A DNA stretch of 64,000 nt from Anaerolineales bacterium (GTDB lineage: Bacteria; Chloroflexota; Anaerolineae; Anaerolineales; DRMV01): the NCBI GenBank assembly GCA_026996855.1, contig JALWJZ010000015.1, forward strand, positions 2,997 through 66,996, in the 5' to 3' direction. The first letter of the stretch is position 1. Each line of letters opens with the position of its first letter. The notes below the pieces were generated by a model that was not told where the DNA came from, made no database searches, and saw nothing but the letters and a program-made list of their open reading frames with translations. The position numbers and the translations under genes are program-made. Shown here in pieces: positions 26,850 through 38,426 of this stretch.

Positions 26850-27451
26850 GTCAGTTGGCGCATGTGCACCAAGAGGAAATGTCCTATGCGCGGCGGCTGC
26901 GCCTCAACCGTTGGGGCCTGTGGATGTTCCTCGTTTCGGAAAGTTTCATGTTTGCCGGCTTGTTTGCCGCTCGTTTCTACTTGTGGGGCAACACCCGACC
27001 GGAACTGGACCAAACCCTGGGCCTGGTTTTGACCAGCATTTTGTTGGTGAGCAGTTTCTTCATGAACCGGGCCGAGGTGGCCATTTCCCAGGGGCATCGG
27101 AAGGAGTTCCTGCGTTCCCTGCTCGTGACCTTCTTCCTGGGCGCGGCCTTTTTGGTGGGCGTGGTGGGGTTCGAATGGGGCCTGTTCCTGCCGGAAGGCC
27201 CGCACATCCGTCCCTCGGATGGTGCCTTTGGCGCGGTGCTCTACGGCATGACAGGCATGCACGCGTTCCACGTGCTCACCGGCCTGATTTTCATCCTGGT
27301 GGTGTGGAATTTGGGCCGCAAGGGCGGTTTTTCCCCCGAGCGGTATTGGGGCGTGGAAGCCTGCGCGGTGTACTGGCACTTCGTGGATTTGGTCTGGGTC
27401 TTCTTCTACCCGGCGCTGTACCTCATCGGCGAAGTGGCGAAACTCCATTAG
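26846..27451 (+). CDS. ctaE: Cytochrome c oxidase subunit III
   Basis: Supporting segments are NRWGLWMFLVSESFMFAGLFAARFY and YWHFVDLVWVFFYP. Confidence 0.85.
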   Translation: MSQLAHVHQEEMSYARRLRLNRWGLWMFLVSESFMFAGLFAARFYLWGNTRPELDQTLGLVLTSILLVSSFFMNRAEVAISQGHRKEFLRSLLVTFFLGAAFLVGVVGFEWGLFLPEGPHIRPSDGAFGAVLYGMTGMHAFHVLTGLIFILVVWNLGRKGGFSPERYWGVEACAVYWHFVDLVWVFFYPALYLIGEVAKLH

Positions 27452-27476
27452 AACGCCCAGAGCATGGGCTTGCGGG

Positions 27477-27512
27477 AAAAAGGCAACGGTTCACGGGCCG
27501 TTGCCTTTTTTG
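27477..27512 (+). terminator. Intrinsic terminator after the oxidase cluster
   Basis: GGCAACGG (27482-27489) pairs with CCGTTGCC (27498-27505), followed by T6. Confidence 0.8.
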
Positions 27513-27563
27513 GTTACAATAGGGGCAACGCATCGTGGGTTTCCCCCTTTTCAGGAGGAAAGG

Positions 27564-28127
27564 ATGGCTTATCAGGACCCGAAACTGGCCGCAATCCTGC
27601 GGCGGAGCCGGGAGCATGGCCTTCCCGGTTATACCATTCGGCCGGAAGAGGGGCGGTTTCTGCAATTCCTGGTGCTGGTGCTTCAAGCCCGCCGGGTGGT
27701 GGAAGTGGGCACCCTGGGTGGGTACAGCACGGCCTGGATGGCCCTGGCCCTTCCGCCGGAGGGTCATTTGTGGACCCTGGAGCGGGACGCGTACCACGCG
27801 CAGGTGGCCCGGCGCAATCTGCAAGAGGCCGGACTGGCCGACCGGGTCACCGTGCTTCAAGGGGAGGCCCCGCGCGACCTGGAAGCCCTGGCTCAACACG
27901 GCCCCTTCGACCTGGTCTTCGTGGATGCGGAAAAGGGGGTGTACCCGGCTTGCTACGAATGGGCCATGACCCATTTGCGTCCTGGCGGGGTGTTCGCGGC
28001 CCACAATGCCTATTGGGCCGAAGAGGTTACCGGTATCCTGACCCGCATTCGCTCCGACGACCGGGCCTTTCTCTTCGTGTACCCCTCGTCCGAGGGTTTG
28101 CTGGCCGCGGTGAAAAAGGGGACATGA
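27564..28127 (+). CDS. Class I SAM-dependent O-methyltransferase (caffeoyl-CoA OMT family)
   Basis: Start MAYQDPKLAAIL follows AGGAGG. Supporting motifs are VVEVGTLGGYST and FDLVFVDAEK. Confidence 0.85.
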   Translation: MAYQDPKLAAILRRSREHGLPGYTIRPEEGRFLQFLVLVLQARRVVEVGTLGGYSTAWMALALPPEGHLWTLERDAYHAQVARRNLQEAGLADRVTVLQGEAPRDLEALAQHGPFDLVFVDAEKGVYPACYEWAMTHLRPGGVFAAHNAYWAEEVTGILTRIRSDDRAFLFVYPSSEGLLAAVKKGT

Positions 28128-28169
28128 CCCGCGATGAAATCCAGGGGTGAACTCCCGGCGGAGGTTGGT

Positions 28170-29651
<1,482 letters not shown>

Positions 29652-29759
29652 CAAAGGGAGCGCGGTTTCGACATACAGGAAGGCCGAGGCGTTCCCGGAG
29701 ATTTCGCGATAGAGCCCGCCTTACCGTGGGCTTGATACGCGTCTAAGAGGAGCCTGAGG

Positions 29760-31043
29760 TTGTCGGCCCTTTTCCTTTCCCCCCAGACCTTTCACCTGCT
29801 TCGCCATCTGGCCCTGGCTTTCCTGGGCCTGGGGTTGGTGTATGGCTTGCTGGTGCGTCGGCATGCCCAGCCAGCCCTGATTTCCCCCTGGGCGCTGGTG
29901 GCTGCGAGTGTGTTTCCCATGCTGCATGCCAGTTTGTTTCTCTTGGCGCTGTATCTCTGGGGGCCTGCGCCGCTGGGTATGGCGCTGCACCACCTGGCGC
30001 AGGTGCCCGCCGCGGCTTTCCTGTTGGGGCTGTGGTTCGTGAAGCCTTATCGAGACGAAGAACTGCGTCGTTTCCTGGGCCTGGTGATTGTGGGTCTGGT
30101 TTTCATTCTTTCCTTCGCCGCGCTGGTTTTGTTTGGGGAATATCACCCCCTGCCTTGGATTAAGGCTTTGGTGCTGGCCTTGCTTTTGGGGTGTGTCTTC
30201 GCGTTCTATCGAAGTCGCTGGCTTTTGCGTGGCGAGCGTTTCGCGCAAATTGTCGCCGTGGGTTTGTTCGGGGCCGGCCTCGTGGAATTGTTCTGGGCCA
30301 GAACGTTGGAGCAAATGATGGTGGCGATGGGGCTGGCTGAGTTTTTCTTGGCGCCTTTGCTGTGGGCGTGGTCGTATACGTGGCTGCCTCTGCCCGAAGC
30401 CGCCAACACGAGTTCACCTCCGGTTTCCAAGACCCTGACCTCCCGTCAGGCCCAGGCCCTGCTCTTCCCTTACCTGGAGCAATTGGACGCCCTCCTTCAG
30501 GTCCAAAGCCTGCAACGGCCCTGGAACCCCGTCCCTTCCATGATTCAAACCGTGTTTACCTGGCTCCACCACCGCCTGGGGCCTTCACGCGAACCTCGGG
30601 CCCACACTCCCTTGATGCATTTGGTGGAGCGGGTGCTGGAACGCCACGAAAAGGACCTGGTGGAACAAAACTTCCAACTGGCCTGTTTCATCGCGCCCCA
30701 TCTCTCCCTGGATCCCAGCCTGGGCGAGTGGCTGTTGGAACTGGGCATGTCCTACGTGCTCCGTTACGCCGCGCCCGATGTGGTGGTGGAATGTCGTTTG
30801 CAAGGTGGTCAGGATCCCGTTCGGGGTCCCATGCTGTTCCTTCGTCTGCGCCATTCGGTGCGGGAACGACCGCGCGGCCTGCCGGAGAGTTGGTTCGAGC
30901 CTGCGCTGGCCTTGGGACGGCTTTTCTTGTTGGATATCGGCGGTGATTGGTGGGTGGTGGAAGAGGACCACTTGCGCACCATTTGGATGTGGCTTCCTTT
31001 GCAAGGGTTTGGGAAGATTTTGCACCCTGCATACGGGTCGTAG
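29760..31043 (+). CDS. Polytopic membrane protein with soluble C-terminal domain; function unknown
   Basis: A TTG start lies 7 nt after GGAG. About 6-7 predicted TM helices are followed by a roughly 200-aa domain faintly reminiscent of a degenerate kinase ATP-binding fold. There is no H-box or G-box. Confidence 0.45.
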   Translation: MSALFLSPQTFHLLRHLALAFLGLGLVYGLLVRRHAQPALISPWALVAASVFPMLHASLFLLALYLWGPAPLGMALHHLAQVPAAAFLLGLWFVKPYRDEELRRFLGLVIVGLVFILSFAALVLFGEYHPLPWIKALVLALLLGCVFAFYRSRWLLRGERFAQIVAVGLFGAGLVELFWARTLEQMMVAMGLAEFFLAPLLWAWSYTWLPLPEAANTSSPPVSKTLTSRQAQALLFPYLEQLDALLQVQSLQRPWNPVPSMIQTVFTWLHHRLGPSREPRAHTPLMHLVERVLERHEKDLVEQNFQLACFIAPHLSLDPSLGEWLLELGMSYVLRYAAPDVVVECRLQGGQDPVRGPMLFLRLRHSVRERPRGLPESWFEPALALGRLFLLDIGGDWWVVEEDHLRTIWMWLPLQGFGKILHPAYGS

Positions 31044-31062
31044 TCCAAGCCCCGGTGCTTGT

Positions 31063-31692
31063 ATGATTCGAGCCTACTTCTACCACTGCGAGACCTGCGG
31101 CCTGGGTTTCCCCTCTCTGGAACCTCTGGAGCGGTGTCCCCGTTGCGCCGGGGTGGTGCGTTTGCGCAGCACCCGCCTGCTGCCTTCGGAGGCGGAGCGG
31201 GAAGGGTATGCGAACCCGTTGCAGCCGCCCGTGGTAGGTGTGGTGGACAACGTGCGCAGCGCCTGGAACGTGGGAGGGTTGTTTCGCGTGGCCGATGCCG
31301 CAGGCCTTTCCCATCTGTATTTGTGCGGCATTACGCCTGTACCCCCGCACCCCGGCATTGCCAAAACCGCGCTGGGCGCAGAAGAGGCCGTCCCCTGGTC
31401 GTACCATGCGGATGCGGTGGACCTGGTGAAAACGTTGCGACAGCAGGGATGGACCCTGTGGGCGCTGGAAACCGAAGGGGCTACCACCTGCTGGCATCCG
31501 GGCCTGCCGCGACCTGAGAAGCCTCTGGCCCTGGTGGTGGGCAACGAACGCGCAGGCGTTACGCCCCAGGTGCTGGAACTGTGCCAGCAGGTGTTGTATG
31601 TGCCCATGCGGGGCCGCAAGCGTTCCCTCAATGTGACCGCGGCCTTCGCGGTGGTGGCGATGGGTTTGGGTGGGTGCCCTGAGGAGTCGTAA
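31063..31692 (+). CDS. SpoU/TrmH-family RNA 2'-O-methyltransferase with N-terminal CxxC...CxxC zinc ribbon
   Basis: The zinc ribbon is YHCETCG...RCPRCAG. SpoU motifs are NVGGLFRVADAAG, LVVGNERAGV and IPMRG-like VPMRGRKRSLNV. Confidence 0.8.
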   Translation: MIRAYFYHCETCGLGFPSLEPLERCPRCAGVVRLRSTRLLPSEAEREGYANPLQPPVVGVVDNVRSAWNVGGLFRVADAAGLSHLYLCGITPVPPHPGIAKTALGAEEAVPWSYHADAVDLVKTLRQQGWTLWALETEGATTCWHPGLPRPEKPLALVVGNERAGVTPQVLELCQQVLYVPMRGRKRSLNVTAAFAVVAMGLGGCPEES

Positions 31693-31720
31693 AAACGTTT
31701 CCCCGACCAGGAGGTGTACC

Positions 31721-32407
31721 TTGGACGGAAAGGGGATGCTGTTGTTGGCTCTACTGCTGGTCGGGTGTGTGCGATGCTCCCCTGCCACCCCCGCAACCGC
31801 GACCTGGACGCGAGAGGTTTCGGCCACTCCCACGGCTCGGGTTGAGGAAGTTCCCTGCGCCGGCGTCGAGCGTTTTCAAACCGTAAGGGCCGGCTCCACG
31901 GAGGAAGAGGCGTTGCGGAACCAGGCCTTGGCGGTGGTGTGTGCACTCCGAGAGCAGCGCTGGGCGGATCTGACCCGTATGGTTCATCCAGAACGAGGCC
32001 TTTGCTTTTCGCCAGACGCGTATTTGGACCAAAACGACCTGTGCTTTTCCAGGGAAGACCTGCCCCGTCTTCCGAAAGACCCGGTCCGGTATCGGTGGGG
32101 CTTTGAGCCGGGTTCCGGACGCCCGCTGGATTTCACCTTTGCCGAATACGCGGCTCGTTACGTGTACGACGGCCCCTACTGGGAAAAGGGCCGCCTGGGT
32201 GTGGACGTGCGCCAGGGCGCGGGCAACATCATCGATAACCACGACCAGGTTTTCCCGGATTCCCGCGTGGTGGAGTTTTACCTGCCTGGAAGCGAGCAAT
32301 ACGGCGGCCTGGACTGGCGCAGTCTTCGCCTGGTCTTTCTGCCCGACCCACGCGCACCTGGGGGCTGGTGGCTGGTGGCCCTGGTGCACGACGAATGGAG
32401 TCCGTAA
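31721..32407 (+). CDS. Lipoprotein of unknown function
   Basis: The start is TTG 31721 after AGGAGGTGTACC, or ATG 31736. The lipobox is LLLVGC. I do not recognise a family. Confidence 0.5.
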   Translation: MDGKGMLLLALLLVGCVRCSPATPATATWTREVSATPTARVEEVPCAGVERFQTVRAGSTEEEALRNQALAVVCALREQRWADLTRMVHPERGLCFSPDAYLDQNDLCFSREDLPRLPKDPVRYRWGFEPGSGRPLDFTFAEYAARYVYDGPYWEKGRLGVDVRQGAGNIIDNHDQVFPDSRVVEFYLPGSEQYGGLDWRSLRLVFLPDPRAPGGWWLVALVHDEWSP

Positions 32408-32439
32408 AACGGACGGTGGGGGTAGCCGTTTCGTCTCTG

Positions 32440-33291
32440 CTACAGCGTTCGGCTCAATTCCCGCAATCGACTTTTCCAGGGTTCTTCCAGCCAGGGGTAG
32501 AGGCGGCGGAACATCCAGGACCAGGTTTCCGAGGGATGGGTGTGGGCCATGCGGCGTAGCCAGGGCATGGTTTCGCCGGGCCAGCGACGAAATAAAGCGC
32601 GCAGTATGGGCACCCATTCGGGCAGGCTCTCTTTTGCCGGTGGGGAAAGGTGCGGTGTCAGGTGTTGGCGCAAGGTGGGAAAATCGTCGAAATTGGGGGT
32701 ATGGAGCAGGGGAAAGAGCAGAGGAAGCAAGCGGGGCAGGGCTTGCGGAGAGGCCCCTTGAATGCGGCGGAACAAGGTTTGTTGGTACCCTTTGGTTCGT
32801 TCCCGCGCCAGGCGGGGGGCGATGTGCTCCAACAGGGCTTTTTGTAAGGTGGGGTCGTGACGGGTTTGTTCGTACCAGTTCCAGAAGCGTTCCAGGTCGT
32901 GGGGGGTGGTATGGGGCTGTTTGGCCCACAGGAGAATGGCTGCCTTGCGTGATTCCAGCACGGGGTGGTTCCACAGTTCACCCAGGAACGCGTCCAGATG
33001 TTCCGGTTCCTGCTGGGCAAGGCTCAACCAGGTTTGGGTCAGGATGTGCAAGATGCCCTCTGCCACATGGTAGGCAGGGGTGGCATCGGGGATGCGGCCC
33101 TGGCCGGGTTTGTGCCCCTGGAAGCCCAGTTTCTCCCAGGTCACCCGGAGGGCCTTGGCAAAGTTTTCGGGCTGCCGTGTCCACACGTCCCAGAGGGCGC
33201 GTGCGCGTTCACGAATTTCATCCAGAGGCAAAGCGGGCATGGCCGAAGTGTGATGGAAAAAACCCACGCCCCCACGTCGGCGCGGGGGCAT
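32440..33291 (-). CDS. Alpha-helical (HEAT/ARM-like) protein of unknown function
   Basis: The helical repeat composition is Trp-rich. An alternative start lies at 33240. I do not recognise a family. Confidence 0.45.
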   Translation of the reverse strand: MPPRRRGGVGFFHHTSAMPALPLDEIRERARALWDVWTRQPENFAKALRVTWEKLGFQGHKPGQGRIPDATPAYHVAEGILHILTQTWLSLAQQEPEHLDAFLGELWNHPVLESRKAAILLWAKQPHTTPHDLERFWNWYEQTRHDPTLQKALLEHIAPRLARERTKGYQQTLFRRIQGASPQALPRLLPLLFPLLHTPNFDDFPTLRQHLTPHLSPPAKESLPEWVPILRALFRRWPGETMPWLRRMAHTHPSETWSWMFRRLYPWLEEPWKSRLRELSRTL

Positions 33292-33297
33292 GGGCTT

Positions 33298-33819
33298 TTA
33301 TGCTTCGCTGAGCGCAGCGACCAGTTCACGGCAGAAGGCAGGGATGTCCTTCACCACCCGTCCCCAGACCAGGTTGCCTTCGCGAAAGGCCGGTTCGTCC
33401 ACCCAGGTGGCGCCGGCGTTCACCAGGTCGTCTCGGATGCCGGTGGAACCCGTGGCCCGATGCCCGGCCACGATGCCCGCGGAGATGAGCACCCATCCGC
33501 CGTGGCAGATGCTGGCCACGATTTTGCCCTGGTGGTAGGCGTCCCGCACCAGATCCAGCACGCCGGGGTCGCGGCGGAGTTTGTCCGGCGCCCAGCCGCC
33601 AGGCACCACCACCGCGTCGAAGTCAGCGGCCCGCAGGTCCCGGGCTGCGACCTCCGCGGTGGCCGTAAGGCAGTGTTTGCCCCGGTAAGTGCCGGGCTTA
33701 CGGCTGGCGATGACGATTTCCGCGCCTTCTTCCTCCAAGCGCATTCGGGGGACCCAGAACTCCAGGTCCTCGAATCCCTCGTCTACCAAGATGACCACAC
33801 GCTTGCCTTTGAGTCGCAT
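33298..33819 (-). CDS. DJ-1/PfpI family protein
   Basis: Supporting motifs are KRVVILVDEGFEDLE, DAVVVPGG and ICHGGWVL (nucleophile elbow). Confidence 0.9.
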   Translation of the reverse strand: MRLKGKRVVILVDEGFEDLEFWVPRMRLEEEGAEIVIASRKPGTYRGKHCLTATAEVAARDLRAADFDAVVVPGGWAPDKLRRDPGVLDLVRDAYHQGKIVASICHGGWVLISAGIVAGHRATGSTGIRDDLVNAGATWVDEPAFREGNLVWGRVVKDIPAFCRELVAALSEA

Positions 33820-33820
33820 C

Positions 33821-35278
33821 TTATCCTACCTCCGGAGATGGTTTCGTTCCTCCTCCAGGGGAGGAGGACTGGCTTCGGGGAAGCCAGATGGTGAAAGTGG
33901 TCCCTTGGCCAGGCTGGCTTTGAACCGTGATGCGGCCGCCCATGGCCTCTACGGCCAAACGGCAAAAGGCCAATCCCAACCCGCTTCCGTGGGAATGGGC
34001 GCCCTTGTAGAATTTATCGAAAATGCGAGGCAAGTCTTCCGGTGAAATGCCCGGTCCACTGTCTTGGACCTGAATGGCGACTCCTTGAGAGCCTGCATCC
34101 CGGGCTGTCAACCGGATGCGCGTTTCCGGCGGGGTGTGCTTGATGGCATTGTAGATGAGATTCTGGCCCACGCGGAATAGCAGGTGGGCATCGGCCAGCA
34201 CCTGGAGGGAGGAGGGTGGCTCCTCAATTTCGAGGGACGCTTTTTTCATGCTGAGAATTGGCTTGGCCCACGCTTCCAGTCGTGAGAAGAAGTCCACCAC
34301 CGGCAGGGGTTGGAGGTTCACCGGAAGGTCTTCCTCTTCAAGACGGGAAATGGCCACCAGGTTGTCCAGCATCATGGTGGCTTGGATGAGGGCGCGGGAA
34401 CCGTTTTCCAAAAGATCCTGGTCGGTCTCTTCGGGAAGGTGTTGGGAGAACCATTCCAGGGTTCCCTGAACCGCTGCCAGATGATTTTTGATGTCGTGGG
34501 CCAGGGAACTGGTCATCATCCTGCGATGGGCTTCAAGGCGCTTCAATTTCTCGAGGGTTTTCTGGAGGGTCTGTTGTTGCGCCGTGATGATGGCGTCGGC
34601 CCGGCGGGTGAAGAACCAGGTCAATGCGCCGAGGCCCAGGCCCAAGGCCAGAAACGCGCCCAGCAGTTGCTGTCGCAAATGCCGGATGCGCGCCAGAAGG
34701 GGTTCAGCATCCAGATAAACTTCGATCCATGCGGCCGGTCGGAATCGCGGCGGGAGGGGGAGATAAACCTCCAGGACATCGCGAATGCCGCGTTGGGCCA
34801 AAAAGTGGGATGGAGGAAGCCTTTCCAGTTGGACCTGGGCCTGCTGTAGGGCCGGGAAGGGCTCCCCTTCCAACTCGGAATACATGCGACCGATTTGGTT
34901 CGGATCCAGCCCGAAGAGAAGTCGCCCTTGGTCATCGTAGACCTGAATCCAGACCACGCCTAAAGGCTTTCCCATTTCCTCGTATAAGGTAAACAGATGT
35001 TTCGTTTCCCAGACTTCCGTTGCCGAAGCATGGTCCTGCAGGACTCTTTGAATTTCGATGGCGATGGTCTCGGCCAGGAGCAACGTCTCCTTCTTGGTGT
35101 GTTCGATGTGAAAGGCGGTGACGGCTTGTTGCAAAATCCACCAGACCACGAAAGCAATCCCGATCAGCCCTGTCAGAATCCACAACAACAGAGCGGGATA
35201 GATGCGAAAGGGAGTGTTCAGAGAGGGGTTATCGTTCTTCATGCTCTTCCGTTCCTGGTGATGGGTTTCTACGTTCAT
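33821..35278 (-). CDS. Membrane sensor histidine kinase (HisKA + HATPase_c)
   Basis: The H-box is [11 protein letters not shown]. The N/G boxes are [16 protein letters not shown] and GSGLGLA. Its start overlaps the gyrA stop as ATGA. Confidence 0.85.
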   Translation of the reverse strand: MNVETHHQERKSMKNDNPSLNTPFRIYPALLLWILTGLIGIAFVVWWILQQAVTAFHIEHTKKETLLLAETIAIEIQRVLQDHASATEVWETKHLFTLYEEMGKPLGVVWIQVYDDQGRLLFGLDPNQIGRMYSELEGEPFPALQQAQVQLERLPPSHFLAQRGIRDVLEVYLPLPPRFRPAAWIEVYLDAEPLLARIRHLRQQLLGAFLALGLGLGALTWFFTRRADAIITAQQQTLQKTLEKLKRLEAHRRMMTSSLAHDIKNHLAAVQGTLEWFSQHLPEETDQDLLENGSRALIQATMMLDNLVAISRLEEEDLPVNLQPLPVVDFFSRLEAWAKPILSMKKASLEIEEPPSSLQVLADAHLLFRVGQNLIYNAIKHTPPETRIRLTARDAGSQGVAIQVQDSGPGISPEDLPRIFDKFYKGAHSHGSGLGLAFCRLAVEAMGGRITVQSQPGQGTTFTIWLPRSQSSSPGGGTKPSPEVG

Positions 35279-37722
35279 GAAGCCAACAAGTGGGCCTCCA
35301 GGCGGGCCATCGCGGCCACGGTATCCTTGTCTTTCAAGTCCATAAGCCGGGAACCCCGGGCCGGGCGGCCTTTCTTCGGAATATCTTCGACCCGCAAGCG
35401 AAGGGCGACCCCTTTGGCCGAAATCAGGATAACCTGGTCCTTTTCCTGAACCACCCGCGCGGCCACCAAGGGGCCGGTCTTGGGCAGGGCTTTGGGGTCC
35501 AGGGTGCGCACGCCGCCGGTGGCCCGGCCCTTCACGGGGTAGTCATCCAACGGTGTGCGTTTCCCATAACCGTTGGCCGTGACCACCAGCAAGTAGCCTC
35601 TGGGTTCCACCACGTCCAGCCCGATGACCTCGTCGCCTTCTTTGAGGCGAATGCCGGTGACGCCCGAGGCATGGCGTCCCATGGGTCGCACGTCGGTTTC
35701 TCGGATGCGCAAGGCCTGGCCGTGGGCCGTTACCAGCAGGATGTGATCCTGGCCCGAGGTGAGGCGGACCCAGCCCAGGGCGTCGCCCTCGTGCAGGATG
35801 ACGGCCACCAGGCCCTTGGAGCGTACCGAGGCGAATTCCTTCAGGGGCACCCGCTTCACCCGGCCCATTCGGGTGCCCATGAACAGATAGTTGGCCTTTT
35901 GGAAGTCGTCCACGGCAACGGCCGCGGTGACGTGTTCACCCTTTTCCAGAGGAATCAGGTTGACCACGGGCAGGCCTTTGCCGGTGCGCCCGGCCTCGGG
36001 CACCTGGTGCACCCGTTGGGCATAGACCTTGCCTCGGTCGGTGAACAGAAGCAGGGTATCCAGGGTGCGGGCCGAAAGCACCAGGACCACTTCGTCGTTG
36101 GCCTTGGTGCTGTGCCCGCGGACGCCGCGACCGCCCCGACCCTGGGCGCGGAAGTGGCTGGGCGAAACCCGCTTGATGTAGCCTTTGCGGGTCAGGATGA
36201 CCAGCACCGGTTCGTCGGGGATGAGGTCTTCTTCCCGAATGTCTTCGCTGGCATTGGGGAGGATGCGGGTGCGCCTCGGGTCGCCGTATTTCTCGGCCAA
36301 TTGGGTGAGTTCCTGCTGGATGACCCGCAGAATCTTCTTGGGGTGGGCCAGCAGGTCTTCCAGTTCCCGGATGCGCTTCCGCAGGTCTTTGTATTCGTCT
36401 TGCAGTTTTTTGCGCTCCAGCGCGGCCAGGCGTCGCAGGGGCATGTCCAGAATGGCCTGGGCCTGGATTTCGGTGAACCTGAAACGCTTGATGAGGTTCT
36501 TCTTGGCCGTGTCCGCGTTTCGGGAGCGGCGGATGATGGCGATGACCTCATCCAGGAATTGCAGGGCCTGGAGCAACCCTTCCAGAATGTGGGCCCGCTC
36601 TCGGGCCTTGCGCAATTCGTATTCGGAGCGTCGGCGAATCACCTCCCGCCGGTGTTCTACGAACCACACCATGGCCTGCTTGAGGGGGAGCAGGCGGGGT
36701 TCGCCCTCCACCAGGGCCAGCATTTGCACGCCGAAGGTGGTTTGCAAAGGGGTGTACTTGTACAACTGGTTCAGCACCTTGCGGGGTTCCGCGCCCCGCT
36801 TGAGTTCGATGACGATGCGCATGCCTTCCCGGTCCGATTCGTCCCGCAAGTCCGCGATGCCGGTGATGCGACCGGCCCGTACCAGTTCGGCAATGCGCTC
36901 GATGAGCGCGGCCTTGTTCACCTGATAGGGAATTTCGGTGATGACCAGCGCATTGCGGCTGCCCCGAATTTCTTCGAAATGGGCCACGCCCCGCAAGACC
37001 AACCGCCCCCGGCCGGAACTGTATGCCTGACGAATGCCTTCCAGGCCCAAAATCTGGCCTCCGGTGGGGAAATCCGGGCCAGGGAGGTGTTTCATCAGGT
37101 CTTCCACGGAGACATCGTCCAGGCGGTCGTAGTTGTCGATGAGGAAATTGAAGGCAGCCACCAGTTCCCGCAGGTTGTGAGGCGGAATGTTGGTGGCCAT
37201 GCCCACCGCGATGCCGGTGGTGCCGTTGGCCAGCAGGTTGGGGAAACGACCAGGGAGCACGGTGGGTTCCTGGAGGCTTTCGTCGAAGTTGGGTGCGAAG
37301 TCCACCGTTTCCTTGTCGATTTCGTCCAGCATCTCCTCGGCAATGGGCGTGAGGCGGGCTTCGGTGTAGCGCATGGCCGCGGGCGCGTCGCCGTCGATGC
37401 TGCCGAAGTTGCCCTGCCCATCGACCAAGGGGTAGCGCATCGAGAAGTCTTGCGCCATGCGCACCAGGGCATCGTACACGGCCTGGTCGCCGTGGGGGTG
37501 GTATTTGCCCAGCACTTCACCCACGATGCGGGCGCTCTTGCGGTAGGGTTTGGTGGAGGTGAGGCCCATGTCGTACATGGCGTACAGAATGCGTCGTTGC
37601 ACCGGCTTGAGGCCATCGCGCACGTCGGGCAGCGCCCGGGCCACGATGACGCTCATCGCGTAGTCCAGGTACGCGACACGCATTTCCTCGACAATGTCCA
37701 CGGAGATGACCCGTTCCGGCAT
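35275..37722 (-). CDS. gyrA: DNA gyrase subunit A
   Basis: Start [49 protein letters not shown] (ATG 37722, RBS GGAG). The QRDR region is [18 protein letters not shown] GyrA-box beta-pinwheel CTD is present. Confidence 0.97.
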   Translation of the reverse strand: MPERVISVDIVEEMRVAYLDYAMSVIVARALPDVRDGLKPVQRRILYAMYDMGLTSTKPYRKSARIVGEVLGKYHPHGDQAVYDALVRMAQDFSMRYPLVDGQGNFGSIDGDAPAAMRYTEARLTPIAEEMLDEIDKETVDFAPNFDESLQEPTVLPGRFPNLLANGTTGIAVGMATNIPPHNLRELVAAFNFLIDNYDRLDDVSVEDLMKHLPGPDFPTGGQILGLEGIRQAYSSGRGRLVLRGVAHFEEIRGSRNALVITEIPYQVNKAALIERIAELVRAGRITGIADLRDESDREGMRIVIELKRGAEPRKVLNQLYKYTPLQTTFGVQMLALVEGEPRLLPLKQAMVWFVEHRREVIRRRSEYELRKARERAHILEGLLQALQFLDEVIAIIRRSRNADTAKKNLIKRFRFTEIQAQAILDMPLRRLAALERKKLQDEYKDLRKRIRELEDLLAHPKKILRVIQQELTQLAEKYGDPRRTRILPNASEDIREEDLIPDEPVLVILTRKGYIKRVSPSHFRAQGRGGRGVRGHSTKANDEVVLVLSARTLDTLLLFTDRGKVYAQRVHQVPEAGRTGKGLPVVNLIPLEKGEHVTAAVAVDDFQKANYLFMGTRMGRVKRVPLKEFASVRSKGLVAVILHEGDALGWVRLTSGQDHILLVTAHGQALRIRETDVRPMGRHASGVTGIRLKEGDEVIGLDVVEPRGYLLVVTANGYGKRTPLDDYPVKGRATGGVRTLDPKALPKTGPLVAARVVQEKDQVILISAKGVALRLRVEDIPKKGRPARGSRLMDLKDKDTVAAMARLEAHLLAS

Positions 37723-37746
37723 AGGTGGCTCCTGTTCGAAGGAGAA

Positions 37747-37775
37747 TGTCAACTCGAAGGCGAGTTGGGTATAAT
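37747..37775 (+). promoter_or_regulatory. Candidate promoter for ccmE
   Basis: TGTCAA, 17 nt, then TATAAT (37770-37775). Confidence 0.4.
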
Positions 37776-37788
37776 GGCAAGCGCCTTC

Positions 37789-37817
37789 ATTATACCCGAG
37801 CGGTTCGCACCTGTCTT
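37789..37817 (-). promoter_or_regulatory. Candidate promoter for gyrA
   Basis: The minus strand reads AAGACA, 17 nt, TATAAT. Its -10 is the inverted partner of the ccmE -10. Confidence 0.4.
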
Positions 37818-37887
37818 GTCGAACCGATGGGTTGGTTTATTTTAGCAAAAAGGCGTTCCCCATACCCTTTCAGGAGAGGTTGAAGCC

Positions 37888-38367
37888 GTGAACAAGAAGT
37901 TCCTCATCGGTGGTTTGTTGATGCTGAGCGCGGTGGTGTATCTGGTCTTCACCGCGATGAGTCAGGGTTCCCAATACTTCCTCACGGTGGAGGAATTGCT
38001 GGCCCGCCGTGAAGCGTTGCAGGGGCGCAAGGTGCGGGTTTCCGGCGCGGTGCTGGGGCCAAGCATTGTGTACAACCCGGAAACCCTGGAGTTGCGTTTC
38101 ATCATTGTGCACATTCCCGGTGACAACGACGAAATCGAGGCCCAGGGTGGCCTGGCCGCGGTGCTCAAGGCGGCGGTGAACGACCCCGACCGCCCTCGGC
38201 TGCCCGTGGTGTACTACGGCCCCAAACCCGACCTGCTCCGTCACGAAGCCCAGGCCATTGTGCTGGGCACCATGGACGAAAACGGGGTCTTTCAGGCGGA
38301 GGAGTTGCTGCTGAAGTGCCCCACCCGTTACGAAGCGGCTGTGCCCACGCAGGCCGCGGATGAGTAA
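37888..38367 (+). CDS. ccmE: Cytochrome c maturation haem chaperone CcmE, CxxxY variant
   Basis: A GTG start follows AGGAG. An N-terminal TM anchor is followed by the OB-fold signature VRVSGAV...YYGPKPDLLRHEAQAIVLGTMDENGVFQAEELLLKCPTRYE. Canonical CcmE has LAKHDENY at this position. Confidence 0.75.
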   Translation: MNKKFLIGGLLMLSAVVYLVFTAMSQGSQYFLTVEELLARREALQGRKVRVSGAVLGPSIVYNPETLELRFIIVHIPGDNDEIEAQGGLAAVLKAAVNDPDRPRLPVVYYGPKPDLLRHEAQAIVLGTMDENGVFQAEELLLKCPTRYEAAVPTQAADE

Positions 38368-38426
38368 AAGGCGCTTCGCCCCTTCGCCCATTGGCAAAAT
38401 CCGCACTTCGCCCATTCGTTTTTCGC

